Below are positions 25,365 through 34,884 of a stretch of 64,000 nt of DNA, piece after piece. The DNA comes from Desulfobaccales bacterium (lineage in GTDB: Bacteria > Desulfobacterota > Desulfobaccia > Desulfobaccales > 0-14-0-80-60-11). The notes under the pieces are model-generated. The model ran no database searches. It was not told the origin of the DNA and saw only the letters and a list, made by a program, of their open reading frames with translations. The translations under genes and the position numbers were made by a program. The stretch is from the NCBI GenBank assembly GCA_049580385.1, contig JBAUPV010000006.1, positions 64,529 through 128,528 of the forward strand, written 5' to 3'. The first letter of the stretch is position 1. Each line of letters starts with the position of its first letter.

Positions 25365-26009
25365 TTAAAGAAACCCGTGGCGGGCCAGCACCTCCAGGGT
25401 GACTCCCTGGCCGGTCCCGGAGTCCTTCCCCAATAGCCGGGCCACGTATTTTCCTATAAGGTCCGCCTCCAGGTTTACCCGGTCCCCCACCCGCAAAGCC
25501 CCCAGGGTGGTGTTCCGGGCGGTGAAGGGGATGATGTTGACGCTGAAGGCGGCTCCCCTGATCGAGTTCACGGTCAGAGAAACCCCGTCCACCGCAATGG
25601 AGCCCTTCTCGATGACCAGGGCGCCCAGAGGCCCGGGTAGCTCTATCTGTAACTGCAAGTGAGCCGGGCCGGTCCTGAGCTGCCCCACCGCGCCGGCGGC
25701 GTCCACGTGGCCGGTGACCAGGTGTCCCCCCAGGCGGTCGCCAAGTCGCAGGGATCTTTCTAAGTTTACCCGGTCACCCACCTTTTTCAAGGGGAAAGTG
25801 GTGCGGGCCAGGGTCTCGGGCGAGACCTCGAAGCTGGCCGCCGGCGGCGCGATGGCCACCACCGTCAGGCAGGCCCCGGCCACCGCCACCGACTCTCCCA
25901 GGCTCAGTTCGGAGGCCGGGAACGGGGTCTTGACCGTCACCTTCAGTCCTTCCGCCAGGGGCGTGAGCCCGACGATCTCCCCCACCCCTTCCACTAATCC
26001 GGTAAACAT
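25365..26009 (-). CDS. ribE: riboflavin synthase (alpha chain)
   Basis: MFTGLVEGVGEIV...SLGESVAVAGACLTV...GGHLVTGHVD...GSIAVDGVSLTV. Confidence 0.9.
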   Translation of the reverse strand: MFTGLVEGVGEIVGLTPLAEGLKVTVKTPFPASELSLGESVAVAGACLTVVAIAPPAASFEVSPETLARTTFPLKKVGDRVNLERSLRLGDRLGGHLVTGHVDAAGAVGQLRTGPAHLQLQIELPGPLGALVIEKGSIAVDGVSLTVNSIRGAAFSVNIIPFTARNTTLGALRVGDRVNLEADLIGKYVARLLGKDSGTGQGVTLEVLARHGFL

Positions 26010-26100
26010 GAAGCAATATCCCCATTGGTGATTTCCTATAAGATCTTACCATTTATTGGCAGCCGGGGAAACCTTGCCCAAGGAGGCCCCGCCGGGACGC

Positions 26101-27168
26101 TCAAGCCACCGTCACCTCGGGGCTGAGGAAGACGTCCTGGATGGCATTGAAGAGTTCCACCCCTTCCTTCATGGGACGCTGGAAGGTCTTGCGCCCGGAG
26201 ATCAGCCCCATGCCTCCGGCCCGCTTGTTGATCACCGCGGTGCGGACCGCCTCGGCCAGGTCGTTCTTCCCGGAGCCGCCGCCGGAATTGATGAGCCCGG
26301 CCCGCCCCATGAAGCAGTTGGCCACCTGATAGCGGCACATATCGATGGGGTGGGTCCCCGCCAGCTTGGTGTAGACCAGCTCATTGGTCTTGCCGAATTT
26401 GGGCAGGGCCTTGTAGCCGCCGTTGATCGTCGGCAATTTCTGCTTGATGATGTCCGCCTCGATGGTCACTCCCAGATAGTTGGCCTGGCCGGTAAGGTCG
26501 GCGGAGGCGTGCATATCCCCCTGCTCCGTCTTGAAGGCGGGATTGCGCAGATAACACCAGAGGATGCAAGCCATCCCCAGTTCGTGGGCCAGTTTGAAGG
26601 CCTCGCTGATCTCCTGGATCTGGCGCCGGGACTCGACGGAGCCGAAATAGATGGTGGCCCCCACCGCCGCCGCACCCATATCAAAGGCCTGTTCCACGCT
26701 GGCGAAAAGGGTCTGGTCATAAAAATTGGGATAGCTGAGCATCTCGTTGTGATTTAGCTTGACGATGAAGGGAATCTTGTGGGCGTATTTCCGAGCCACC
26801 GCGCCCAAGATCCCCAGGGTGGAGGCCACCGCGTTGCACCCTCCCTCTATCGCCAGCTTGACGATATTTTCAGGATCGAAATAGATGGGATTGGGGGCAA
26901 AGGAGGCTGCGGCGGAATGCTCCACCCCCTGGTCCACCGGCAGGATGGAGAGATAGCCGCGGCCGGCCAGGCGGCCATGGCCGAAGAGGGCCGCCAGGGA
27001 GGCCAGCACCCTGGGCGAGCGGTCACTCCCCACCAGGACCCGGTCGATGAAGTCCGGCCCCGGCAGGTGCAGGCTCTCTTTGGGAATTCCCTGGCATTTA
27101 TGGTTCAAAAGCTCATCAGCCTCGGGGCCCAGCAAAGATTGAATTTTTTTAATCATGGCCATCTTCAC
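26101..27168 (-). CDS. fbaB: class I fructose-bisphosphate aldolase (FbaB/DhnA type)
   Basis: Alignable to my recollection of E. coli FbaB along its whole length: [39 protein letters not shown]...VKLNHNE...[15 protein letters not shown]. Confidence 0.9.
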   Translation of the reverse strand: MKMAMIKKIQSLLGPEADELLNHKCQGIPKESLHLPGPDFIDRVLVGSDRSPRVLASLAALFGHGRLAGRGYLSILPVDQGVEHSAAASFAPNPIYFDPENIVKLAIEGGCNAVASTLGILGAVARKYAHKIPFIVKLNHNEMLSYPNFYDQTLFASVEQAFDMGAAAVGATIYFGSVESRRQIQEISEAFKLAHELGMACILWCYLRNPAFKTEQGDMHASADLTGQANYLGVTIEADIIKQKLPTINGGYKALPKFGKTNELVYTKLAGTHPIDMCRYQVANCFMGRAGLINSGGGSGKNDLAEAVRTAVINKRAGGMGLISGRKTFQRPMKEGVELFNAIQDVFLSPEVTVA

Positions 27169-27182
27169 CTCCTGAAAGGCAG

Positions 27183-27201
27183 TTTTCGGTTTTCGGTTTT
27201 C
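27183..27201. repeat. heptamer array TTTTCGG x about 2.5
   Basis: ttttcggttttcggttttc. Confidence 0.6.
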
Positions 27202-27338
27202 TGAAGGCAGTCTTCCTACTCACGCTAAGGGTTTCGATTTCTTCGATTTTTGTGGGGAAACCGGCAAAATGCCGCAAAAAGATCTCTTTTTAATCAAGAT
27301 AAGATCACACTAGGGATAGGCAATGGCAAATATTTTTT

Positions 27339-28532
27339 CTATTTGTTCCCCTCGGCCATCAACTCCAAGGCCACCCGGGCCGCCCCTCGCGAGGCGTCGA
27401 GGCCCGTAAGGCTTGCGACGATCCGGGCCAGCCCCGGCCCCAGCGCCGCCAGCCGCTGCCGATCCTTAATCCAGCCCAGGGCCTCCCCGGCCAGGCGTTC
27501 CGGGGTAAAGTCTTCCTGGATCAGCTCCGGGAAGAGCCGTTCCCCGGCCAGAAGGTTGGCCATGCCCACGTGCGGCACCCGCACCAGCCATCGGGCCACC
27601 CGGAAAGTCAGGGGCGACACCCGATATACTATCACCATGGGCGTCCCCGCCAGCGCCGCCTCCAGGGTGGCGGTGCCCGAAGCGACCAGCGCCAGGTGGG
27701 CCGCGGACAGGACCTGAAAGGATTGGCCTTGAATGATCTTGAGAATCAGGCCTGTCTGGCCTTGGGCCCGCAAGCCGTTTTCAAAATCCCCCACCAGCTT
27801 TTGCACCAACTCCCACGGAGCGGTGGAAGCGACCGGCAGCAGGAATTGGCTCGCGGGGACGGCGCCCCGGATCAGAGCTGCGGCCTCGAGCATCCCGGGC
27901 AGGTGGCCTTCGATTTCGCCTGTGCGGCTGCCCGGGAGCAGGGCGACGGTGAGGCGTCCCGGGGCCAGGCCGGCGCCGGCCAGCCAGGAACCCCGGGCCT
28001 CAGGCCGCGCCAGGGTCTCCAGCAGCGGGTGCCCCACATAGGTCACCGGCACCCCTCGCTCCCGGTAAAAATCGGCCTCAAAAGGGAAGATCACCGCCAG
28101 GCGGTCCACCAGGCGGGCCAGCGTGCGCACCCGGTAGCTGCGCCAGGCCCACACCTGGGGACTGATGTAATACATCACCGGGACCCGGTAATACCTGGCC
28201 AGCCGGGCCACCCAGAAGTTGAAATCCGGAAAATCGACTAATATGGCCAGGGCGGGCTTCTCGCTCTTCAAGGCCCGGCCCACGTCCCGCAAGGCCCGCA
28301 GCACCGCCCCCAGGCGGCCCGCCACCTCCGAGAGGCCCACCACCGCCAGCTCTGAGGCGGGGCAGAGGAGGCGCACCCCCTGGGCGGCCAGGGCCTCCCC
28401 CCCGATGCCGAAAAACTCCAGCCCCGGCGCCCGCTCCTTGATGGCCGCCACCAACCGGGCCGCATGCTCGTCCCCGGAAGCCTCCCCGGCAACCACCAGG
28501 ATTCCCCCAGGTTTTTTATCAGTCTTGGCCAT
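27339..28532 (-). CDS. lpxB: lipid-A-disaccharide synthase
   Basis: ILVVAGEASGDEHAARLVAAIKE...FFGIGGEAL...VDFPDFNF...YISPQVWAWR. Confidence 0.9.
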   Translation of the reverse strand: MAKTDKKPGGILVVAGEASGDEHAARLVAAIKERAPGLEFFGIGGEALAAQGVRLLCPASELAVVGLSEVAGRLGAVLRALRDVGRALKSEKPALAILVDFPDFNFWVARLARYYRVPVMYYISPQVWAWRSYRVRTLARLVDRLAVIFPFEADFYRERGVPVTYVGHPLLETLARPEARGSWLAGAGLAPGRLTVALLPGSRTGEIEGHLPGMLEAAALIRGAVPASQFLLPVASTAPWELVQKLVGDFENGLRAQGQTGLILKIIQGQSFQVLSAAHLALVASGTATLEAALAGTPMVIVYRVSPLTFRVARWLVRVPHVGMANLLAGERLFPELIQEDFTPERLAGEALGWIKDRQRLAALGPGLARIVASLTGLDASRGAARVALELMAEGNK

Positions 28533-28564
28533 TTCCTTGATGAGAAATCTTAGCGGCGCCTACC

Positions 28565-28633
28565 TTGTTTGTTTTTTCCTTTTTCTTTTTACTTTTTTTT
28601 TTTACTTTTTACTTTTTACTTTTTACTTTTTTC
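28565..28633. repeat. T-rich tract with TTTTTAC heptamer array
   Basis: ttgtttgttttttcctttttctttttactttttttttttactttttactttttactttttactttttt, between lpxB and the upstream oxidoreductase gene. Confidence 0.8.
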
Positions 28634-29578
28634 CTAGCCTTTGGCTATCTTCATGGCGGCATTAATCCTCAAGGCCAGGTCCAGAGCTGCCCGGCCGGCC
28701 TCGCCGCTGATGGGCGGCTCCTGCTTAGTCAAAACCGCCTTCACAAAGGCGCTGATCTCTTTGAGCAGGACGTCTTCCTGGGGAAAGCGGCGGCTTTCCA
28801 AGGCTACCCCGGGAATGGGGCCCAGGGCGCCCTCCTTCTTGAAGGCCACGGTCAGTTCCCGGTCCTCAAAATCTACGGCCAGGTAGGCGTCCGTTTGGAA
28901 GAGGCGGAACTTGCGCATGCTCTTGAAGGACATCCGGGAGGCGGTGAGGTTGGCGATGCAGCCGTCGCCGAACTCCAGGCGGGCGTTGGCCAGATCGATG
29001 CGGTCGGTGAGCACCGAGATGCCCGCCGCCCTGATCTCCTGCACGGGGGCCCGGACCAGGGAGAGGACATGGTCCAGGTCATGGATCATCAGGTCCAGGA
29101 CCACGTCCACATCGGTGCCCCGCTCCTTGAAAAACGCCAGCCGGTGGCTTTCGATGAAGCGGGGTCCGTGCACCCGGCTTTTGAGTTCCTCCATGGCGGC
29201 ATTGAAGCGCTCCAGGTGCCCCACCATGAGGATACGCCCGCGCTCCCGGGCCAGGCGCACCAGGGAGTCGGCCTCCGCCACCGTGACGCTGATGGGCTTT
29301 TCCACCAGCACCTGGCAGCCGGCCTCCAGGGCCTCCCGCACCACCTCAAAATGGAGGGAGGTGGGCACCGCGATGCTCACCGCGCTGACTTCCGGCAGCA
29401 GATCCCGGTAATCAGCGTAGGCTTCGGCGCCCAGGGCCCCGGCCACCTCCTGGGCCCGGGCCTCGTTGAGGTCGGCCACCCCCACCAGTTGCGTCTCCTG
29501 GAGATGGGCGTATTTCTCGGCGTGGAAGCGGCCCAGATAGCCGACGCCGATAACCCCGACTCTTAAGGGTGCAACCAT
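28634..29578 (-). CDS. Gfo/Idh/MocA-family NAD-dependent oxidoreductase (lpx-linked)
   Basis: LRVGVIGVGYLGRFHAEKY Rossmann N-terminus, plus EKP and the catalytic region LMVGHLERFN. Confidence 0.8.
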   Translation of the reverse strand: MVAPLRVGVIGVGYLGRFHAEKYAHLQETQLVGVADLNEARAQEVAGALGAEAYADYRDLLPEVSAVSIAVPTSLHFEVVREALEAGCQVLVEKPISVTVAEADSLVRLARERGRILMVGHLERFNAAMEELKSRVHGPRFIESHRLAFFKERGTDVDVVLDLMIHDLDHVLSLVRAPVQEIRAAGISVLTDRIDLANARLEFGDGCIANLTASRMSFKSMRKFRLFQTDAYLAVDFEDRELTVAFKKEGALGPIPGVALESRRFPQEDVLLKEISAFVKAVLTKQEPPISGEAGRAALDLALRINAAMKIAKG

Positions 29579-29794
29579 GATGAACCGATTCCTCCGGAGG
29601 AGATAACGTGTCGGCAGTAAGATTAGGGCCGCGTCTCCGTGGGGACGGGTTTAAAACCCGCCCCTACACTGCCCACGCAGGCTCATCATACCGGAAAAGG
29701 AGGCCCGGAGGCAATGAAATCCGGGAGGAAACCGTTTGACAAGCGCTCCTTTAAACGATAAAAATTTCCAGATGCTCTCAGGGAGGACGGATGG

Positions 29795-30712
29795 ATGGTG
29801 GAAAAGGCTAAATATATCTGGCTGGACGGCAAACTCATTCCCTGGGCTGAGGCCCAGGTGCACATCATGACCCATGCCTTGCATTACGGTCTGGGAGTCT
29901 TCGAGGGTATCCGGGCTTACCACTGCCAGGACGGCCGCACCGCCATTTTTCGCCTGAAGGAGCATATCGGCCGGCTGTTCGACTCCGCCCACGTTATGCA
30001 GATCGACATCCCCTATAGCCGTTCCGAGATCGAGGAGGTCTGCTGCGACCTGCTGCGGCGGAACGGCCAGGAATCCGCCTACCTGCGCCCCCTGGTGTTC
30101 GTGGGCGAGGGGGTCATGGGTCTCCATCCCCAGGATAACCCCATCCGGGTGGCCATCATCAGTTGGGTTTGGGGCGCCTATCTGGGAGAGGAAGGCCTGA
30201 AGAAGGGTATCCGGGCCAAAATCTCCTCGTTCACCCGGCACCACGTCAACGTCATGATGACCAAGTCCAAGACCACGGCCAACTATGTCAACTCCATCCT
30301 GGCCAAGCGGGAAGCCACCTTCCTGGGTTTTGACGAGGCCCTGATGTTGGATACCGACGGCTATGTGGCCGAGGCCTCCGGGGAGAACATCTTCATCATC
30401 TCGGACGGGGTGCTGCGCACGCCGCCGCTCACCTCGGTGCTCCCCGGGATCACCCGCGCCAGTATCCTCACCCTGGCCCAGGACCTGGGCGTGCAGGTTC
30501 GGGAAGACCTCTTTTCCCGGGATGACCTCTACCTGGCCGATGAGGCCTTCCTCACCGGCACCGCCGCCGAAGTCACCCCCATCCGGGAAGTGGACGGCCG
30601 GGTCATCGGCCCCGGGAAACCTGGCCCCATCACGTTGAAACTACAGGCCGCCTTCTTTGACGTGGTCTTGGGCCGGGACCCGCGCTATCGGGACTGGCTC
30701 ACCTATATTTAA
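29795..30712 (+). CDS. ilvE: branched-chain amino acid aminotransferase
   Basis: [35 protein letters not shown]...[19 protein letters not shown]...[11 protein letters not shown]. Confidence 0.9.
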   Translation: MVEKAKYIWLDGKLIPWAEAQVHIMTHALHYGLGVFEGIRAYHCQDGRTAIFRLKEHIGRLFDSAHVMQIDIPYSRSEIEEVCCDLLRRNGQESAYLRPLVFVGEGVMGLHPQDNPIRVAIISWVWGAYLGEEGLKKGIRAKISSFTRHHVNVMMTKSKTTANYVNSILAKREATFLGFDEALMLDTDGYVAEASGENIFIISDGVLRTPPLTSVLPGITRASILTLAQDLGVQVREDLFSRDDLYLADEAFLTGTAAEVTPIREVDGRVIGPGKPGPITLKLQAAFFDVVLGRDPRYRDWLTYI

Positions 30713-30716
30713 AGCA

Positions 30717-30832
30717 GTTTCCGGTTTCCAGTTTTCGGTTTTCGGTAAAAAGAAAAAAGGGGCTGGGGAGACACTCTCCCGAGCCCTTTTCGTTATTCCA
30801 GTTATAATCTTTTACCGAAAACCGGAAACCGC
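30717..30832. repeat. inverted heptamer arrays (TTTCCGG/TTTTCGG vs CCGAAAA) enclosing a terminator hairpin
   Basis: tttccggtttccagttttcggttttcggtaaaa ... ttttaccgaaaaccggaaaccg. Confidence 0.85.
30751..30795. terminator. bidirectional intrinsic terminator between convergent ilvE and the CBS gene
   Basis: An A-run, then GGGGCTGGGGAGA-cac-TCTCCCGAGCCC (30759-30786, one mismatch), then TTTT. Confidence 0.7.
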
Positions 30833-30840
30833 CGGCCCGA

Positions 30841-31257
30841 TTATTCGCCGACGCAGGTCTTCAGATACTCGAGCATAATATCGGTTTCGGTAATCAGGCC
30901 CACCAGGCGGTCCTGGTCCACCACCGGCAGGCAGCCGATCTTCTTGTCCACCATCATCTTGACGGCCTTGCACAGGTCCAGTTCCGGCGAGATGGTGACA
31001 ATCTCCCGCACCATGATGTCCTTGATGCGCACGCATTTCATCACCTCGCGAGGGGTCTGGCCGCCGTAACCCAGGGCCTGGGCCAGGGAACTGCGAAACA
31101 GGTCCCGCTCCGAAACGATCCCCACCAGCCTGGCGCCATCTACCACCGGCAGATGCCGGATCCGCCCCAAGCGCATGATGTCGTTGGCCAGACTCAGTTC
31201 GTCATTGACATCCAGGGTAGCCACTTCCTTGATCATCACTTCCTTGACCTTCATCAC
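30841..31257 (-). CDS. CBS-domain pair protein
   Basis: Two CBS repeats (VKEVMIKEVATL...HLPVVDGARLVGIVSERDL; IKDIMVREIVTI...CLPVVDQDRLVGLITETDI). Confidence 0.8.
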   Translation of the reverse strand: MMKVKEVMIKEVATLDVNDELSLANDIMRLGRIRHLPVVDGARLVGIVSERDLFRSSLAQALGYGGQTPREVMKCVRIKDIMVREIVTISPELDLCKAVKMMVDKKIGCLPVVDQDRLVGLITETDIMLEYLKTCVGE

Positions 31258-31337
31258 CGTCTCCTGGGAGTGGATTAGCGTGATTGCTTAAGATGATGGG
31301 TGACGCCGCACCCAGCACCCCTGGATCAGGCCCCGCC

Positions 31338-32408
31338 TCACATCGATGCCAGCCACTCCTGGCCCCGGACGCTCAGGTCCCCCAGAACCTTCAAGGCCCG
31401 CCGGGCCTCGTCCGGGCTGAGAAAACCCATGCCGCAAGCCGGGGTGAGAATGGCCCGGGACAGAATCTCCCTGGGGGTGGCCTTAAGCTCCTCGGCCAGC
31501 CGGGCCACCTGATCGGTGAACCGCAGCCACAGGCCCTCGCCGGTTTCCTGCCGGAAATCCTCGCCGGTGGGCACCAAGCCCCAGGCCAGCCAGCCGCCCC
31601 GTTCAAAAAATTTCACCAGCGCCTGCCCATATAGTTGCAGGCTTTCGAAGTAACCATAGGAATCGAAGCTGAGAATATCGATGGGGGCCGAAAGCAGCAG
31701 ACCCCAGTCAGTGTTGCCGCAGCAATGGAGGCCCACGCCGAGAGGTCCGTCCACGGCCTGGCGCAGTTCTTCGATGGTCTGGCCCAGGATCTCCAGGACT
31801 TCCTCCCGAGAGATGGGTAGATATGCGGACCCGAAACCGGTGAGATAGGGCTCGTCCAAAAAGATGACCGGGGCCTTCCCCAATTCCCGGAACCGGCTGG
31901 CCTGCCAGGCGGCCTTGCGGGCCAGGCCCAGGCAGACCGCCTGGGTCAGTTCCCGGTCGAACAGGATGGGCTTACCCTCCTGGTCCTTGACCATCCCGGC
32001 AAAGGTCACCGGTCCCGCCAGTTGACCTTTCAGGGCCTGACAGGGATGGCCAGCAGCGGCGGCCCGGAGCAGGGCAAAAAAGCCGCGGGCCTCCTGCTCC
32101 TCCATGGCAAATGGAGTTAGCTCGCCGGCCAGGACCGCCTCATAAAATTCCGCCAGGGCCTGGTCCCTGGGAAGATCCGGGTCCACCTGCACGGTGCGGG
32201 CCACCTCGTCGATCTTCAAGGCCGCCAGGCCCCGGGCGGCCTGGGCAGTCATCTCCTCCCCAAACCCCAGGCGCACCATTTGAGGCCAATAGGGCATCCG
32301 GGGCATGGTCTCCAGAATCAGGGCCACCGTTTCCTCCGGATCGGTAAAAGGCACCGATCCGATGCCGGTGGCGGCCATGGGAGTCAAGGGCAACTCTGCC
32401 TGCGTCAC
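31338..32408 (-). CDS. MetE-like (cobalamin-independent methionine synthase catalytic-domain family) protein
   Basis: TGIGSVPF N-terminus. Putative Zn ligands in GLHCCGN and TPACGMG. Length about 355 aa. Confidence 0.5.
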   Translation of the reverse strand: MTQAELPLTPMAATGIGSVPFTDPEETVALILETMPRMPYWPQMVRLGFGEEMTAQAARGLAALKIDEVARTVQVDPDLPRDQALAEFYEAVLAGELTPFAMEEQEARGFFALLRAAAAGHPCQALKGQLAGPVTFAGMVKDQEGKPILFDRELTQAVCLGLARKAAWQASRFRELGKAPVIFLDEPYLTGFGSAYLPISREEVLEILGQTIEELRQAVDGPLGVGLHCCGNTDWGLLLSAPIDILSFDSYGYFESLQLYGQALVKFFERGGWLAWGLVPTGEDFRQETGEGLWLRFTDQVARLAEELKATPREILSRAILTPACGMGFLSPDEARRALKVLGDLSVRGQEWLASM

Positions 32409-32700
32409 TCCGTTTTCCTCACCTTAGGGTTGGAAACCGTAATTTCAGGGATTTCCAAGGTATCAAAAACCTATGATTTTTACCCGGACTTGTCAATAGA
32501 AGCAATAGATAACTCCTCATCTCCGGGGCTGGCGGGGTCCCTGCCCTTTCCATAAAAATCGAAAAATTCCTTGCCGGGACCGCGACTTAGTTAAAAAATA
32601 TCAGTTATCTTGACCTCACCCCCACCAAACCCTCATTTTTGCTTGCATATGAGAAAATCTTGTGGCAATATTCATTTCAGAAGTCTGGTTGGGGGGAAAC

Positions 32701-33174
32701 ATGACTTCGCCTGCTGCTCCAATCGAGGCCGCCGGCTTCAAAGGCAGCCATAAACTGCTGACCGGGCTGGTCGTCATCCTGGGGGGGATGATCCTGGTCA
32801 TGGTCTTTTTCAGCCACCGGAGCCTCTACCAGATCTACCGCTCTCACCAGGAACAGTTGCGTCTGGATCAGGAGAACGCCCGCCTGACCGAGGAGAACTC
32901 CCGCCTGGCCCGCACCATCGACCGCTTGCAGAACGACCCGGTAATGATCCAGGACCTCATTCACCACGAGTTGAATTTCGTTAAGAAAAACGAGATAATC
33001 TTTCAGTTGCCCCCGGGCCTTGGTCAGCACTCCGCATCGCCCTCGCCGCCCCTGGGCGGCCTTCTGGCTGAGTCCCCAGCCGCGTCCGGAGCCCCGCCGG
33101 AAGCCGGCAAGCACCCCTGGCCCTGGAATTGGCTGCAGTGGTCTCCCAAACCCAGCCTCAGGAATAGCCGCTGA
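32701..33174 (+). CDS. ftsB: cell division protein FtsB/DivIC family (septum formation initiator)
   Basis: A single TM segment, then a coiled coil: LYQIYRSHQEQLRLDQENARLTEENSRLARTIDRLQNDPVMIQDLIHHELNFVKKNEIIFQL. I chose the ATG at 32701 after GGGGGGAA. Confidence 0.7.
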   Translation: MTSPAAPIEAAGFKGSHKLLTGLVVILGGMILVMVFFSHRSLYQIYRSHQEQLRLDQENARLTEENSRLARTIDRLQNDPVMIQDLIHHELNFVKKNEIIFQLPPGLGQHSASPSPPLGGLLAESPAASGAPPEAGKHPWPWNWLQWSPKPSLRNSR

Positions 33175-33301
33175 ATCGAGGCGGGTTGGCCGTTTAACTC
33201 CCCGCGGCTGCGGTTTGCCCCGGTAAAGCCGGATAGTCTGAGTCCGGTCCCCAATCTCGTAGAGCTTGGAATTTAACGACACGGAAGGAAAAAGGTGGCC
33301 C

Positions 33302-33862
33302 ATGTACTCCACGGCCGAATTTAAAAAAGGCTTGAAGATAGAGTTGGACGGCACTCCCTACGTCATGGTCGATTTCCAACACGTCAAACCCGGCAAAGGC
33401 GGCGCCTTTGTGCGCACCAAGCTGAAAAACCTCCTAAGCGGGCGGGTGATTGATCAGACCTTCCGCTCGGGGGAACGGGTCAAGAAGCCGGACCTCGTAG
33501 AACGGGAGATGCAGTATCTCTACCGGGAGGGAGACCGCTACTGCATGATGGACAACGACAGCTACGAGCAGATCATGCTCACCGAGGCGCAGGTGGGTGA
33601 GGGGCGCCTCTATCTCATCGAAAATCTGGACCTCAAGGTCCTCTTCTTCAATAAAGAGCCGGTGGGTGTGGAGTTGCCCAACTTTGTGGAGCTTCTGGTG
33701 GCTCAGAGCGAACCCGGAGTCAAAGGCGACACCGCCGCTGGAGGGACCAAGCCCGCGGTCCTGGAGTCCGGCGCCACCGTCCAGGTGCCCTTGTTCATCA
33801 ATGAAGGGGACCGGGTCAAGGTTGACAGCCGCACCGGCGGCTATATTGAAAGGGTAAAGTGA
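33302..33862 (+). CDS. efp: translation elongation factor P
   Basis: MYSTAEFKKGLKIELDGTPYVMVDFQHVKPGKGGAFVRTKLKNLLSGRV... Confidence 0.95.
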   Translation: MYSTAEFKKGLKIELDGTPYVMVDFQHVKPGKGGAFVRTKLKNLLSGRVIDQTFRSGERVKKPDLVEREMQYLYREGDRYCMMDNDSYEQIMLTEAQVGEGRLYLIENLDLKVLFFNKEPVGVELPNFVELLVAQSEPGVKGDTAAGGTKPAVLESGATVQVPLFINEGDRVKVDSRTGGYIERVK

Positions 33863-33871
33863 GGACGGGGC

Positions 33872-34249
33872 CTAAGACAGCTTCACCAGGATTATGTAAC
33901 GCCGCACCCCGAAATTCATGGCTTTTTCCCTACACGCCATGTAGATGTCCACTTTCTTGTGCATCCGAGAGGCCATGCGGTCTTTGAACTCATAGACCCC
34001 CAGCCCGGTCAGCAAGAGCCGGTCGCCGAACCCCAGGTTCAGTGCCTCTTCCACATCCCGGCTGACCGCCAGGAAGCCTTCCCGCACCCGCTCGCCCGAG
34101 GCGGTGATACCCTTGGAGGAGCCGGGGCAATAAGCCGACGGATAACAATAAGCGGTTGCTGTGACAATGGTCATGGTGACACACATGGTAGGTCGGGGGG
34201 CGCAAATTATGCCGACCCCCAGGAGACCTACGATCGCCATCGTTTTCAT
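33872..34249 (-). CDS. 3D-domain (MltA/RlpA-like double-psi beta-barrel) exported protein
   Basis: Signal peptide MKTMAIVGLLGVGIICA. GITASGERVREGFLAVSRDV...LGFGDRLLLTGLGVYEFKDRM...VDIYM. SD AGGGAGGGAA. Confidence 0.65.
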   Translation of the reverse strand: MKTMAIVGLLGVGIICAPRPTMCVTMTIVTATAYCYPSAYCPGSSKGITASGERVREGFLAVSRDVEEALNLGFGDRLLLTGLGVYEFKDRMASRMHKKVDIYMACREKAMNFGVRRYIILVKLS

Positions 34250-34320
34250 TTTCCCTCCCTTTAGAGGCAGTTCAGGATTGCTTCTGATGGCTGGGGAACA
34301 ATTGGATTAGGAACCTACAG

Positions 34321-34343
34321 GAAAAATTTGGGGCCGCGGCCCC
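34321..34343 (-). terminator. terminator-like hairpin inside the 5' leader of the 3D-domain gene (possible attenuator)
   Basis: The minus strand reads GGGGCCGCGGCCCC followed by AAATTTTTC, about 75 nt upstream of the ATG at 34249. Confidence 0.4.
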
Positions 34344-34884
34344 TGGATTTGCTGCAAGTGATTTTGTCGCCTTCGGCCTTGGGTCGCTTCGGAAACAGCC
34401 CGGCTCTTAACGGCCACCCGGTCTCAGGTTCCCATCCCCATCAATCCATTGGTGAAATTCACTTGGCGCACGACCAAAAGGACTGCTATGACTCGATTGT
34501 TCCATATATCACAATATTTTTAAAGCTGTCAAGAAAATAATCAAATTTATACATATCTTAGTGTAATTACGCATTAATTAGCTGCGCAAACCTGTTTTGT
34601 CTCGGGTTTCAGAGATTTCCGATCCTGTTTCGGCTAATTTTTTTCGAAAATGGAGAGAATTTCTAAAATTTGCCCTATTTTGAGGGTCGAGGTGGAAGAT
34701 TTTTCAGGGTGGGAACACTGATTTTTAAAATTTGTTGATATTTAAGAATATTGTAAATAATTTCTTTATCTTGGACGCCTTAAAATTAATTTGCCTTTTC
34801 CCGTTACCCGGAACCCGCCCCCTTGAGCACTTGGCGCTTTCCGGTCCGGGTAATAGGCGGGGGCGACGAAACCGCGCCGGAAAC

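Noticed and set aside
26010-26100. FMN (RFN) riboswitch expected upstream of ribE
   Set aside because: Only 91 nt separate ribE from fbaB, and the conserved RFN core segments are not visible. ribD is also absent here, so the riboswitch, if any, is probably elsewhere.
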